From contig NMRA01000167.1 of NCBI GenBank assembly GCA_002633005.1, positions 364,460-428,459 on the forward strand: a DNA stretch of 64,000 nt, read 5' to 3'. The notes beneath the pieces are model-generated. The model had not been told where the DNA came from, did no database searches, and saw only the letters and a program-made list of their open reading frames with translations. Below, piece by piece: positions 14,198-29,400 of the stretch. The translations under genes were made by a program, and so were the position numbers. Every line of letters begins with the position of its first letter. The first letter of the stretch is position 1. Source of the stretch: Phoronis australis. Lineage: Eukaryota; Animalia; Phoronida.

Positions 14198-16566
14198 CTA
14201 GCCTTCGTACAAAGCTGTATACTAAATATGCAGCTTTGCAACGATGTGGGTAAATAGTGGTAAGATAAAATCTGACACAAAATTAGGGTCATTAAAAACT
14301 TCAGTCTTCGTTGAGTAAACTAAATTGTTTAACGATGTTGAATAAAATGGCGTTCTACCGTTATTCTGCTGCTAAAGTTTTGGAGCGATGTTTAGCGACG
14401 GCTTTCGGCGCCATGGAATATTGCGTCACCTATTGGCCAGTTTCTTTTTTCGCCGATTCTTCAATCAACTGTTCTTTTTTCACGAGGTTGCGTACACGTC
14501 ACAACAAATTATCGGAACTGGTTTCACTTCATTATAAGTTTTTAGAATTTCGATACCTAAAAACAGAAATACAGAAGAAATTTTGCTGCTGCCAAGCTAT
14601 CATCATCTCCCAATAAATGTTACAAAAACTTAGAAAATGGCGCGTGTGCGCGTGTCGAGCGTACTGTTTTCAAAACGACGACATTATTTTTCTTTGTTAG
14701 AAAAGGCGGAGGATTACCCAAGAAAATGACGTTTATTAGATTGGTTTCCACTTAAACGACTGTAACGGGCACGGTGAGTGTCGTTTGATTCCCAGATTTT
14801 TCAAAGCAACCCGTTCGGTTTTTAGCTCTACATATTGATACAGGTTTCACGGCTAGGTGACGAGCAGAACTACCATGGTTGTGTGGAATTTTGGGGTCTA
14901 CGGAAGAAAAACAAAAGGTGGTACCTAGCCTTGGTACAAAGCTGTATTCTAAATATATTGTACAGCTTTGCACCGATGTGGGTAAGAAAGTGGCAAGATA
15001 AAATCTAACACAAAATTAGTTTCATTAAAACCTACAGTGTTCCTTGAGTAAACTAAGTTATTTAACGGTGTTGGGGAAAATGACGTTCTACCGTTATTTT
15101 TCTGCTGAAGTTGTGGAGCTATCTTTAGCGACGACTTTCGGCGCCATAAAATATTGCGTCACCTACTGTATTGACGAGCTTCTTTTTTCGCCAATTCTTC
15201 AATCAACTATTCTTCTTTCACGATGTTGCATACACGTCACAACAAATTATCGGAACTGGTTTCACTTCATTGTAAGTTTTTAGAATTTTGATACCGAAAA
15301 AGAGAATTTACGAAGAAATTTTGCTGTTGCCAAGCTATCATTGTCTCCCGGGAGATGTCACAAAAATTTAGGAAAGGGCACTTGCGCGTGACACGAGCGT
15401 ACTATTTTCAAAACGACGAGTTACTTTTCATTGTTAGAAAAGGCGGAGAGTTACGCAAGAAAATGACGTTTATTGCATTGTTTTTCAGTTAAACGGGTGT
15501 AACGGGCAAGGTGAGTGTCACTTGATTCCCAGAATTTGCATACACCACGTCTGGTCTTTAGCTTCACATGTTGATGCAAGTTTCTCGGCGAGGTGACGAG
15601 CAGAACTACCCTGGCTGTGCGCAATTTCGGGGCCTACGGAAGAAATACACTCCGTGGTACCTAGGTGTAATTTGACGACAATCTTCATAGACCTAGCTGG
15701 CTGGCCAAGTACCTAGCTGTATTTTGACGACAGTCTTTATACAGCTAGCTGGCTGGACATGTGGACTCTACCTAGCCAGCCAATTGTCAGTTAATACTCA
15801 GCTCTGAAAACTTGAAGGGTTGTTTAGTTACCGACTCTAGTTATATGAGAACAATCATGCCACTGTGTTGAGTTCCGTTGAGAGGCTGAATTTTCACACA
15901 GCCCGAAGTTGCCTACCCGGATATACATGTAGTTACGCTCGTCAGCTCGCCGTAAATCTTACATCGACATGTAGAGCTAACGGACTGGTGGGGGAACATG
16001 GAGAATATGGTAGTCAACCGACACTCACCTGCAGCCGTTTAAGCGGAAAAGTATACCATATTCGCCGTCTTTTGAAACAAAGAAAAGTGTCAAAAACAGT
16101 AAGCTCGTGACACGGCGTACGCGTCATTTCCTAAAATTATGCAATTTCTTTCGGGAGATGATGACAGGTTAACAGCAGTAAGGTTTGTTGTAAAATTCGG
16201 TTTGCTGGTGTTAAAACACTAAAAACTTGAAATAGAATGAAAAAAGTTCCGATAATATGGTGGGACATGTACGCAACCTTTTGCTGGCAAACAAGAACAT
16301 TTGATAAACGAATGAGAGGAAAAGAACGGTTATCAAAGCCAGGTGACGTAATCGCCAAAAGCCGACACAAGGAATCGGATCACAATTTTAGTAGCAGCAG
16401 ATTAACGGCAGAACGCTAACTTTTTCAACATCGATAAATAAGTTAGTTTGCTCAAGGAAGAGGGTAGTTTTAAAGAAAATAATTTAGAGCCAGACTTTAT
16501 TTGTCCATTTTTATCCATATCGGCGCAAAAATGCATGCTTAGTGTACAGCTTTGGGCCAAGGCTAG
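14198..16566. repeat. ~730-bp unit present twice in tandem (14198-14924, 14925-15660) plus a diverged inverted copy (~15925-16566)
   Basis: Both direct units start ctagcctt(c/g)gtacaaagctgtat and end gtggtac. The inverted copy ends cagctttgggccaaggctag. Confidence 0.8.
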
Positions 16567-17133
16567 GGTAGCCGATGGTATATAATGACCACCCCCTTAG
16601 GCTAAGAAGACATCTTTTTCGAAGAGTTCGAACGACTAGGAGCCATACAAAAAGGCATGGCGAACCTTTTACAGCACTGTGGCCAAACAGTAAAAAATAT
16701 GAAGGGTTGATACACTGATAAAATACGGTGTAAACTCTTTTCAATATGACACACCAATATGTGATCATAGATACTCGTTATCTACAGTTATGTATACATG
16801 TAGTTGATGATGTGGAATAAGCAGTTGGAGCATGACAGCCAATCAGCTGTCAGGATTACAGTCTTTCGACGATAACTACGAATGAGGTTTTGTTTAGCGC
16901 GCACGTCGGGCAAATGTGAGATTTATTTGTATATTAGAACCGGTTAATTGCTACATTATTTTTACTCTTTTAAGGTAACTTGAACGTAATCCGCAACCCC
17001 AGGTTGGGTTTCCGTGACGTCTTAGCATTCCGCTCAGTACAGATGAAAATACTTGCACATAAACTTAGTGTGGCAGCGTGATTTGCTTGCATTTAAAATG
17101 ATGATATCTCACGACGATGCCCATCATCTATAG

Positions 17134-17458
17134 CTGTTTTGCAGCAGGAATCTGCGCCACGGAGCGAACATGTACTTGTATCCACAATGTGGTGCTGGAG
17201 ACCCCTTTCATCTCCATTTGCGGTTGTTCTATGTCAAGGTTTCTATTATTCGTCGCAGTCAGGAGGAATCCATGATGGTCAACCATGAAGTCACCATGAA
17301 CTTCCAAGACATGAACTCGACTTCCATATTGGGGGACTTGTATTTTAACAAAGTCCATGAACTTGAAGCCACATTTAAAGAGAAAGCAAAGAGTGCACAC
17401 CTTAATATATCGGGTAATGTGACCACAATGGACAACATGGACCTGGTCGCTATCGCTG
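17134..17458 (+). CDS. Candidate exon, SEA-domain-like (acceptor uncertain: 17133, 17144 or 17147)
   Basis: Open frame ...FYVKVSIIRRSQEESMMVNHEVTMNF...LVAIAG resembles the SEA core (beta strand, GSVVV-like site). Phase-1 donor GCT G|gtacag is compatible with the next exon. Confidence 0.45.
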
Positions 17459-20400
17459 GTACAGTTATTTTCTAACATCTTACCTAGTGATGTTTCACTT
17501 GTAATTTTGAAATCATTTCAGTGGTTCTTTGAAAACATGTTCATAAGTAGGCCAACTGTGCAGCTACAGGCCGTACTACAAGAAACATTTTCAAATAACC
17601 TTGCCTGATCTTGCGTGCTCACTGGTTCTGTTGTGATAGCTCGTGACACTATAGACTACATGTACACCGAGATATGGACTGCCAACTCCCGTTAGAGCGC
17701 GTTGAGCATGTCGCGGACCAAGGGACACAATCACTAACGATAAGAGGGCGTTGCACACACAGGATAGAAAACTTTCGGTTTTACGGAGCGGCCGTTCTTT
17801 CGTTTCAAGATCTGGTTACGTAATGAGTCGAATTGCTTGATTTTTTGAAGATTATAGGACTTGTAAAATAAAATGCGTATATTGTCCTCTGTCATGTCAT
17901 TTAAATCAGTCACAAGATGATTCATACTGTACATGTCATGAGTTATTAACGCATGAAAGGTCTTCAGCTGATTTTCCCCATATTTACACTTACAGTCGCA
18001 TCAGCTGATTTTTTGCTGGAAGCAGTATTAGTGTTTGTGTAAATTTAGTACCGTACAAATCAGCTCATTATCATAAGTATAAGTCTTAAACCAACAAAAA
18101 TGAATTTGTAACAATGTTACACAATGATAAATATTTGTGTAATTCATATAGCTTTGTTCCAGGGGAGGGCCAAAGGCTCACTGACATTGACATATCATTT
18201 GCAAAACCTGAGTGTCGAAAACCTGCTGTCACAAGTATCATTGACCAAAAGTACATTGTAGGACAACTTCTAAACGTATTTATGATTATGCAAAATTGGT
18301 TCGATACACGGCACTTGTTGTTAACAATCTTTATTCCATTCCATTCAGATCCTCGGAACAAAGTTCGACAATCAACAAAACATTGGTAAAGAAACTGACC
18401 AAGAGACATGATTAAAAGACAAACGATATTTCGAAACATATTTGTTTCATTTTCAAGTGGAAACAAAATGACGTAGTATTACCATCACAGGGCAAAAGCT
18501 AGTAAAATGCCTAATGGGACACAGCAGGTGTGGAGTACTGCAAAGACTGACAAATGGATGGGGTAACAAGAATATCGCACAAAAAAAATTACACTATAAA
18601 ATTTCAATGAAATTTAAATCAATTTCATTTCTGTTCATGCACGCACCCAGCCTAAAATATATGGGGGGTCGTTCAGAGNGGGCTCGAATATTTCGGTATG
18701 CGGACCTTTTAATGGAAAAAAATCAGCGAGGACTAAAAAAACGGAGCCACGAGGTCCAGGCCTACGAATTGTGCATCTGCACCGAATTCCTGTGGACTTT
18801 TGTCTCCTTTTTTGGGACTTTTTGTTTCACTGAAGCGGACCTTTTTGCATAATTCGAGCCCCCCCGAGTCCCCCTGGGTACGCTCATGCTTTCAAATAAT
18901 GTAGGAATTGGGCTGTGTTGTGTTGGTGACCATACAAAAAGTTAAATTGAATTTATAAAATATTCTGTACCATTTTAATGAAAATATTTCACCAATTTGG
19001 GCCACTTTATGTATTCTAGAAAAGTTTTGACTGGTTCTGTTTAACACGTCACCAATCAAGTTTGAGTTCAATTTGAACCCTGGAAAGGTCAACATGGTTC
19101 TCGAAAAATGACTGAATTTACCTTTTTGGAAGTGCTCCTAAATGGAAAAGGTGAGATGAAGTGAAAAATTTGCGGGGAAAGGATTAAGAGGTGAGGTTGA
19201 GTGTACATGTACACTTTCAGGATTTTTCCAGGTGAGAGAACAACAAGACATTCACTTAAAAAAACTACATCAAAAATGATAAGTGTATACTTAAGGCTGA
19301 TTTTTTAGCAAACAGTTTGATATCAGTGGCGGATTTTGAGGGGGCCAAGGCCCCCAAAAATTCTCCCATACTCCATTTGGCAATTCGGGGGTGAGAACGT
19401 CTGAAGGGCAAAATCCTGGCTAATACTCTGCCCAGCCCCCCACAACACAAAATCTTGGATCCACCCCTGGATATACATATCGTTAAAATCGGTTCAGTAA
19501 CGGCCATTTAGCATCTGAAAGTTTATCCTTTTCTATAGCTTATAGTATACACCTGTAAGTCACAAGAATTTACGGGTGAGTGAAAAATTTGTCAAATGCT
19601 CTCAGTACATGTTCTTCGATTCTTAAACATATTCGTTGATGTCCCCATTTGTTGAAACGGACATCAAAAGAGAGAACAAATTTAAATAATTCGCTGGCAT
19701 ACTTTTCATTTTCCACTATTTGCTTGCTAACAGATAACAGCTTCTGAAAATCATAAAAAATGGCAACATTCGCTCTTACTGAATTTTGCTTCGGCTCATG
19801 TATCGTAGGCGTAACGACGAATGAGAAACTACTATAAACTTCTTACAAAATCACAAAAATTCAAGCTTAATTTCGTTATAAACGACTGAGAATTCAAGTA
19901 AATGAAAATAATTATCCAATTAACTCAGCTTATTCATTGAGCCAAACTCCTCGATTCTTGTGTTGAACTGTGAGAGCATTAGGGCCGATCAACAACAACT
20001 TGTCAAGCTAATTCCGACAAGTTTTGCAGCAATAATCCGACTTGGATGGCTCACACACGCGATTTAGTTTACATTAAACACAAACAATTAGTTTCAAACT
20101 CAAAAATTTGCGTGACGTGCGCGAAATAAAAACCAAAGTTTACCTTCGTTATTATGCTTAGCCATGAGACCGGAAGTTTTGAATCCTGCTCACGCACATT
20201 TGCGTCAGGCCGCGAGACTTCACGGGGTGGGGAATCTCTTTACGAATATCTATGGTGACACATCTTGCACATAAGTTGTTGATAACACAATAGACTAAAC
20301 GACAAAATCCATGATCGTGCAAACGATGCGTAACCAACACTATTGGCAGAGAATTTACTATTCACTGTTTTAGTGTTGGCAAGTAAGTAGTTCACTCAAT

Positions 20401-23400
20401 AACTGTTTAGTTGGGCTTTTTCTGTGAATTCTCTATGGAATATGGGAGGTGTAAATCTTTTGTCTATGTTCTGTGGTAACATAAAAAGGCGTATGGTACT
20501 TTTAATTACCTCTGCAATTCCTTACTGAAGACTTGAGACTCATTTACTTAACGTGGTCGTTTTGTATGAGCTACAGGGAAGTAGGCAAACTTCCATCATA
20601 AAATTGGCAGGAAGGATGAGACACCCAGACTATTCATTTTAGACAGGACCGATTTGTCTCATTTCGCCCATGCGCAAACTTAAAAAAAAACGTATGAACG
20701 CACCGTTTATCTGACTTTGGTCACACATTCCCGCGATAGGAAAGTATTACCTTCACCAACTCAAATCACAAGCAATGCGTAGAGCTTACAGAATCGTATC
20801 CAAAGAACAATGGAAAAATAGTACATGTAGCTGTTTTCGAGTAGCAAGTTTTATCGTGACACATGTGTGCGTAATATCTGCCGTCCAGTTTACCTGGCAT
20901 TTAAGTGCACGTTACACGACCATGTACAGTACATCCTATTATGTATTGGAGGAACCATTGCTTTGTTTAAGTAATTCAAAGTATGAGCTATGTTTTTGTT
21001 CAACCTTATGAACTTCAAAGACATTGCTTTTTTCCTGCCTAAATACACGATTGAGGTGAGTTGTTGAGCGAGATGTCCCATTTGTTTCATGAGTGTTGGA
21101 CATTAGTTGGATAGTATAGTTTTGTTTTATTTATAGTTCTGACGACGTGAACTCGAAAGCTGCAGTACGCCCTAGACTGATAATTCATCCAAAACTCTCT
21201 AATTACCAATTCCGAGCCTACAGTGAATAAAAATACTCAAAACTCCAGATAGGTTTTGAAACATACCAATTCCCTTTAATATGAAGCTTAAGCGTTTTAT
21301 TCAATGACTGGGGTCCAGGGGCTTTAACTTAACATATACAACTTTTTACCAGTGGTATTGTTAAATAGTTCACAGCAAGGTGTGAACTAATCAAGGTGAC
21401 CTATACATTGGTGCGGTGAACGTTTTAGTCAAATATTGCAGGATGGACGTTGTGGAGCAGTTGGAGCAAGTGTGTTCCAATATCTGGGTGTGGACACGGT
21501 AACAGAACGAGGACCAGACGATACTGCATGGAGTCGTGCTGGGATCCAGACTTAATATTGGATTTTGAAACATCTTATGAAGGATGTTTTCGCCCATGCA
21601 GTAAGTTAAGACAACGCGTTTAACTAATCATCGGTGCAATTCGCTACATTTGCCTTCGAAATATGTTGCGGTTCTGCCACCTCCCAATTATGTGACTACG
21701 TTGTCTGACAACGTGCAGTCAATAGAATTTACGACCTGCCCGTGGAGTTCAATCTCGTCATGAACTATTTGAAGCGAAGTGAAACTCCTTGAAATTTTAC
21801 ACGCCGAGTTAATATTAGAAGCTGACAATCCAGGTTGATAAAATCAATTGTAAAACAAAAATCGTAGGTGTTGTTTTTGATCGTGCTTATTCAAAATCAA
21901 TTAAGCCAACCTTGTATAAACCTTTTGCAAGAATTATTTTGCAACTTGGTTAATGTCTAATCTTTGATAGAATTTATCGTACTATTATTGCGCCTGTCAG
22001 CTAATGATCCATTTGCGTAATGGAGCTCCTCTGTTAGTTAACGCAATTTCGACTAAGACGACTTGAAACCTGGTGTAGGGGCCTAGACGTCCGACAAATG
22101 CACGATAACGTTATGAGAGCAACTTATGCTAAAGCGTGTTGTTCTTGCTACTCACTACAACAGGTGGACCAACACAGCTCACGTTGTTCGAAAACGGAAA
22201 AGTAGTTGGCAATAGTCTGGCCGTCCTGCCAGAATACCTGTTGAAGTTGGAGTGCAAAACGGATAACGTTCAGCCCGCAGTGAGGTTTACGTGGAATCTC
22301 TCGAGGGGAGACAACTCGTCTGTTCAATCCTCTCGTCCTGCTAACAACACCAGTACTTTGACTGTCCGTGTTAGAAAACAGCACAACGAGGTTGACGTAG
22401 TGTGTTTGGCAAGAAATACGGGGAGCGGGAAGGAACTGAATAAATCTGTAACTCTCATCGTCATGTGTAAGTATAGCTCTACATCATTTTTGGCAGAGTT
22501 ATGGTGCTATGCCTACTTTGAAAAATTGATCTCCGTAACCTATGTGGAAAAGACACTTTACTGGTCAAATGTCTGTGATTTCAGTTGGTCCGACTGTAAT
22601 GGAGTTATTGGTGAACAATGGACAGTGTGATCCCCAAACTTCCAAGTGCCAAGTCAATGTCGGGTCTTCTTCAGTTGTCACTTGCAAGACAGACGACGTG
22701 AGCCCTGATGTAAATATAACGTGGCTGGTGCTCACACCTGACAAGTGCATGGACAGAAATAAAACTTCACTGTTTTCTAACTATTCCGAAGAAAAATCTC
22801 TTGGACTTTATCGAGGGTCGGCCACTCTGGTGCGCAAGGTCGTGTTTGTTGCTCACCAGGAGAACGATGGCTGCAAGGGACGCTGTAAGGGAGAAAATAC
22901 GTTATCAGGGCGTGAAGTGCACATGAATTTGACATTGGATGTGATTTGTAAGTTACTGCTTCTTTGTACACACAGAAATTTATGCCAATAACTTTGTTCT
23001 TTGAGACGTATATGTAACGATGACAGAACCTGCATATTGAATCCAAAATCAAGGTGCAGATACCCAACGTAAAATTGCTGATATCACTCCAACTACTGCA
23101 TTGATGATACGGCGTCTAGCATGCTACGTTTTGTTTTACAAAATACCACATTGAATGCTTTAGCGTCAGCAATTATTTTCTTTCACTTTGCTCTGACATC
23201 ATTATCACTAAAAGCTGCATTATGATTAATTTCACAAACATAATTAATTCAAGCTGAAATCGCCAATTAAGTAAGCGTGGATATTTTCAATGTATCGCTC
23301 TAGATAGTTTGAACCTCCGTGATGATCGCTGCTGGAATTTGCTCAGTGGTATGTTCCTGCTGGGTGGATCAGAAGTAACACTTGCCTAGCACCATACACA

Positions 23401-26400
23401 AACTTGTCTGACCATAGCTAGGTCAACGTTACTAGACCTGCTACCCATCGCTGAATGGGAACGAGCATTTATAAGAAGACAGACCTAGAAATTTGTCGGG
23501 TGGAACCCAACATGAACCTAGCAAACTGTTCGATTCACATTGCTAATTTTAGGAGTCTGGTAAAAGGCTGGTCAGTGTAGCAATAGTGTGGAAATTCATT
23601 GAAAAAAGTTAAAATACCCTTGGTAGCCCACAATAGATATTCTTGATTATAGATTCAAAACATTTGCAGTGAATACTCAAAAGTCACATGTCAGCTGATC
23701 TGCCGTGCGTCGTTTCAACTAAGTCTTACACTGTATTAGAAAAAAACGGTTAAACTGTGGACGTTCATGTACGTTTTCAAACAGACTTGATACCTCGGCA
23801 ATTTTGAAAAACCTACAGTTCCTGTTCAACCTTGGCTCTTGAATAATGAACAGTACCACATCTAACGGTGCAAGTATTAATAGGCCAACAAAAGATCACC
23901 ATCAGGAAAGTCGCTTACAGGTCATGGAGAAGTACTTTAAAGAGTCATTAGGGAGCGCCTTGGTTACATAAATGACTCAAAGGCTGACAATTTGCTTCTC
24001 TAGACTGAACGATATATAAGACTGGGTGTAAAAATATTCTTGACGTCCAGACACGGCCACGGGGTGCTCGTAAAAATTAATCAGTGAAAGTGAGGGGTTT
24101 GCAAATCGCTGGATTATCAAGAGCCGTACCCCAAGAATTTTGCTTAATGTTTCCATTATGAAGATAAAATAACAAAATGAAAAGGAAGCTGATGAAATTA
24201 GGCATTATTCAATAAATATAACACTAATTAAAACTCCGTCTAGCGGACAACCTGAAATACGGCGTGTGAATTGCAACACTAGAGAGCACGGTTTCTGTGA
24301 TTTTGTGCAATTCTAGAGTTTTTTTTACGGAAATCGTACAATTGCCATTTCGTTACATGTCATACAAAAGTGAAGCATTGCACCGAAACTGCCTAACATC
24401 GTTGTGGAGAACGGTGTATAAAGCGTAGTGTCTGAAAGTTTCATGTGAATTTTAGCATTTTTGGGATTCAATTTTCCGAAATCATTCCACTTTTGGAGAT
24501 GTTCTAGGGTCGGCATACGTGCATCCTTGACTTCAACTATGTCGACTACAGTCACAACATTCATGAATTAACTGTGTTTGTACCGGTATTGAACATTTAA
24601 GTTATTGTTGAACACGTTACTCTTATCGAACAAGAAACGCTGTCTCTTGGCACTCAGATGGGCCAGACGACTCTGCAAAACTCATGCTCACTGGTGTGGC
24701 TGAAGCCGCTGAGCACGCCGTGGTGGAAGGAGAACCTGTGAACGTCACGTGCAGCACGCGGAAATGCAACCCCAGCTGTAACATTTCGTATTTCTGGCAT
24801 CGACCTGGTCAGGAGTATTACTCCAGTTTGACAACTAAGAAGCTGGAATTTGTGGCTGATAAGATAGATCACAATCAGACTTTAACGTGCGTGATAACAA
24901 ACTCCAGGAACAAACATTTCCGAAAGAATTTGAAAGCAGCTATTTCTGTCTTGTGTAAGTTCCTTTTCCATGTTCGTTTAATCCTACAAACTCGATAATG
25001 AAGAAGTTCTTACACCGGCGCATATTTAAGCAGACAAGAATGCACTAAGTGTCTCCTTTTTGTGACACCAGCGCGTAACGCGCTTTTTGCGTGTCAACTG
25101 TTTTGGCCAACATTGTCAGTGGGTGTTGAGTTGTAGGATCATATTTCGTAAGTGCTTTCATAAGACAATTTATTATTTTCTTCGCTGACAAAATGAATTA
25201 TTTATATTCATTACTTAAAAGTTTGCACATTTTCAGCAAAAACGGAATTTGTGTTCATCCATTTTTCTAACTACGCTTTGCAGTTGGCCCTAGCTCGGTG
25301 TCTATAGAAGGCGTGCTCGTGAAGAATGGCACAGCGATAATAAGCAGAGGTCAGAAGACGGCGTTGACCTGCAAGTCGGACGATGCTTACAAACAAGTAG
25401 AAATACGCTGGTTGACTACTATACCTGGCCAGAGTATAAACACCTCAGCTGTTGTTGGTGGATACACTTTCACTAGCAGCTTCAGCTTTTCTCCAAGTAT
25501 CTCTGATGATCAGAAGACGATTACTTGTCTCGGACAGAACAGAAACAGTCGAATTACTGCAGCAACAGAAGGACCCATAGTAATACGAGTTGCAGGTACA
25601 ACTGATTTTTAAAAATGCCATTTCGGCCTTTTACAATTTAAGTGATCATTTCTGCTTTTTGTACATGTAACCTTTTCTATTTCCGTTTCTCTGTAAATGT
25701 CTCTTTGTCATACCATTTTCAAGATTCACGAAATGTCGATTTTGACGACATCAGGGCAATAGGTGAGTCGACAGGTGGACATGACGGACTTGCCAGCTCT
25801 CAACTTTGTTCCCATGTTTTGAGTTAAATTTAACCATTAATGTAATTGTTGATCTTGAAGACGGACCTTATCAAGAAAATATCACCTTACGTGTTGACGG
25901 AAAGGTCATCGAGGGCGGCAGAGTTACTCTGACGTGTCTGACACCTGGCTGCTACCCGGCGTGCTTCTTTCGGTTGACAGGTCGCTCGTTTAGCAATACG
26001 TCTGCTACATCACACCTCCAATTTACACAGAGTTTCGTAGCTTCCCGAGATGACCACATGCGAGTCATTCGTTGTACTGCCAGTAACAAACTTTTACCCA
26101 ACAGGACAGCAACCGCCCAAGTGAAACTGAACGTTAGTTGTGAGTTTAAGTTTTTACTAAGTTGATTATAGCTTTACTTCCAAATAACCTGACGTGCAGT
26201 ACATGTAAGTGCATTGTTGACAACACATCAAGTTATTCTTTTCTGAGACGCTTAAAGTGCTAACTGTTGTCGCATCGATGTCACGTGATGTCACAGATGT
26301 TTACTATTAAGTATACGTGTCTCATGTTATACGTTATCTAAATCTGATTGAAGTTTGATTAACAAATTTCCCAAAAAACACCGCGGAGAATCCGTTAACT

Positions 26401-29400
26401 GATCTAATTCGTAAATACAGACGAAGAATATGTCAGTTGTTCGGATTTTTTTTCGTAGCTGACCTCAGTCAAGAGGGTCACTGTTTTCCATCTTGATGAT
26501 CGTTTTTGAATTCCTTTGACACCGGATTTTTCCATTCAATGGCCGCGAGTATTCTTCCAAGGTATCCTCACTCCGTCTTCGTACGACAAATCTGACATTG
26601 AAGCACAATCAGTTGCGACAGTCATGTTTGCATGAGGGCTTTATTACATCGTGTAAGAAAAACAGCATTAAAATCTAAACGGTCACTCGATGTGATACTT
26701 AAAAATATACCAAACCAAGTTTTTGCCTATTAACAGACACAAAAATTGACTTTCCCATCTACATGTAATTTTCTGAAAATTATGCTCCATAACCTACGAT
26801 GGTCCTAAAAATGTTGGAGAATCGTTAAGCGAGCAAGCGTAACCCATGCTTTATACGATTTACCCAACAATTTTAGGGAAAGACGAACCCCCGCAGAGCC
26901 GCAAAATCCAACTTGTGAATCAGAGAGTATGAATTTTTGCTTTATTTTTGCCTTCAATATTCAAGTGGGACGCCAGTGATGCATTCGCAGGTGATGTACA
27001 GAACGAGGATTGGTTGAAGTCAACGAAACAAGGCTCAGTATTCTTTCACTAATCAACTTGTAAATAGGCTACAATCACAACACTCACAAACGGTGCATAC
27101 TTTGCACGTAGACAACGTCACCGTCTGTACTCACCAGTTGAGACAGTGGTGCTCACATAGGGCCTTCATACGCCGGAGGTTTTTCAGCGAATTACATCTC
27201 ATACTGATAACCATCGAAGTCACGTTGGAACCTTTTGAATATAAAATGACACCAAGTACTGCCGTAGACAAAAACCTTTTTCGAACAGTTCTTTATTTGT
27301 TCAGTTTCCCTAAACGGCAACTGGTCATTCATACACTGCGCACGCCAGGAAATATGACGTCATATCATGGAAAAGTACTTAAACCATTGTGACTTTGATC
27401 GTTTACTTACTATGACTGAGAAACAATTTGCCGAAAAGCTTCAAGTGTATGAAGGACCTAAAGAAGACATGTTTGTATCCATTAGCAATGTTGCGTAAAT
27501 CGGGAAACCAATTCATCGTTTAATAAAGTAAAATGCGGCAAAAAAGTAGTCAAATTTTTTCAAAAAGTCACTTGATTTCTCGAAATGTCGACAACCATTA
27601 TGGCCATGATGGCCAAAACCCACCTACCGACTCATTACATGTAAGTATAGAAATAACTGCAAAAATATTGAGTTTTATCCCATGGGCGTTGAATCAGTCG
27701 AGTGCAATACAGCCATGTGATATTGTTTTCCGTATTCACCTCCCGCACTGCTTCAACAGTGACCTCTGACAGGGAAAGTTCAAAAGGTAGGTCAATGTCG
27801 ACTGGGAAGCCGTCAGTCGGTTCAATCATCAAACTTACCCAAAATAGTTTAATCTAATACACTTACTGTAGTGTAAATAACACTCAACACGCAATCAGGT
27901 CCCAGATGTAACATCTGATACAAAACTGTGAATTGTGTGACTTTTCTGTCTCAGTTTTCAGTTAGAAAATATTATACCGTTTGCAACTCAGGCGCTTATT
28001 CCCCGGTTACAACAAAATCAAATACTGTTACTATTTTACTGTTATTATTTAACTATTTTCAGAAAACGTTACAAATTCAGTGCACAATTGCCGTTCTTTT
28101 CATCTTCGTTATCTCTTTTCAAGCAATAAATCGTTACATTAAAACTTGTTTCTTTTACTTGAGAAAGCTTGTAACCTAACGCGCAAGTACATACAAAAAG
28201 GTAAAGAGAGTTATCCCGCACGTGAACAGTATTAGTGAAGTATTTTAAAAAATCTGCCGAAAAATAAAAGAAACTCGCGAATTCGAAGTGTATAGGATAA
28301 ATAAAAAACGTGCCTCGATTGGCGTAGATGAAGTAACATCCCATTTGGAACTACATGTATTCTGCGGAAAAATGTCTCGTGGAATATTACTTCATCTATG
28401 GCACTCTCGGTACGTTTTACGTATACACTGTACTTACTTGTACATGAACACCAACCCTTGGCCTATTTACATCAGTAGGTATTCTTTCACGATTGGCCGC
28501 GCTATTAGGTAGACGAGCACGATAGTGGGGAATACTAACGGAGATCAGTGATTATATTTTGGTTTACCCTGGTGCAAGGTGCGTAATAAGCAAATGTCAA
28601 AACATAACGCTGACGTGCAGGTCGGACTATTATTACAAACTCGTAGAAAAGCGCTTGTTTAGTACGACATCTGCCTCCCGTTCTGCAACGCTAGGACCTC
28701 GCTAAACAGCAAGACTTCGCGAGATTACGTGAGATGTTGTCGTGTATTTCAAATGAGATCACGTGACTTTGGCTAGACTTTAGATAGGTTCTAGCGTAGG
28801 TGTAAACGCCTCGGCGGTAGTTGGGGGAAACACAATCACTACCAGCTTCAGCTTTTCACGCAGTTTCTCTAATGATCTGAGGACGATTGGTCTTGTCTCG
28901 AGCACGGAACAGGGACAGTCGAATTGGTACAGTGATAGAAAGACCTACAACAATACGCGTTGCAGGCAGAACATAGTTTTAAGTTTATGTTACACAAGGC
29001 TTCAATGCATGGCCAAGCCTTCATTCCTGTTTTCGATAACATTTTCTATTTCCTTTCCTCTCAAATTGTCCCTTTGTCAAATTGCACTGGATGGGATTCA
29101 TGAAGTGTCGTCGATTTCCACGACATAATGGGAGTTCTTGGTGAGCTGGCTTGAGGAATATACCTTCTCGGCAGCTCTTGACTATGTCGGTGTTTTTAAT
29201 GAGATTTAACCATTGAAGTAATTGTTTATCTCGAAGACGGACCTGATCAAGAAAACATTACTGTACTTGTTGACGGAAAGGCAACCGAGGGCGGCAGAAT
29301 GACTCTGACGTGTCTGACACCCGTCTGCTACCCGGCGTGTTTCTTTGAGTGGACAGGTCGCCCGTTCAGCAAGTCGTCCGCTGCCTCGCACCTCCAGTCT

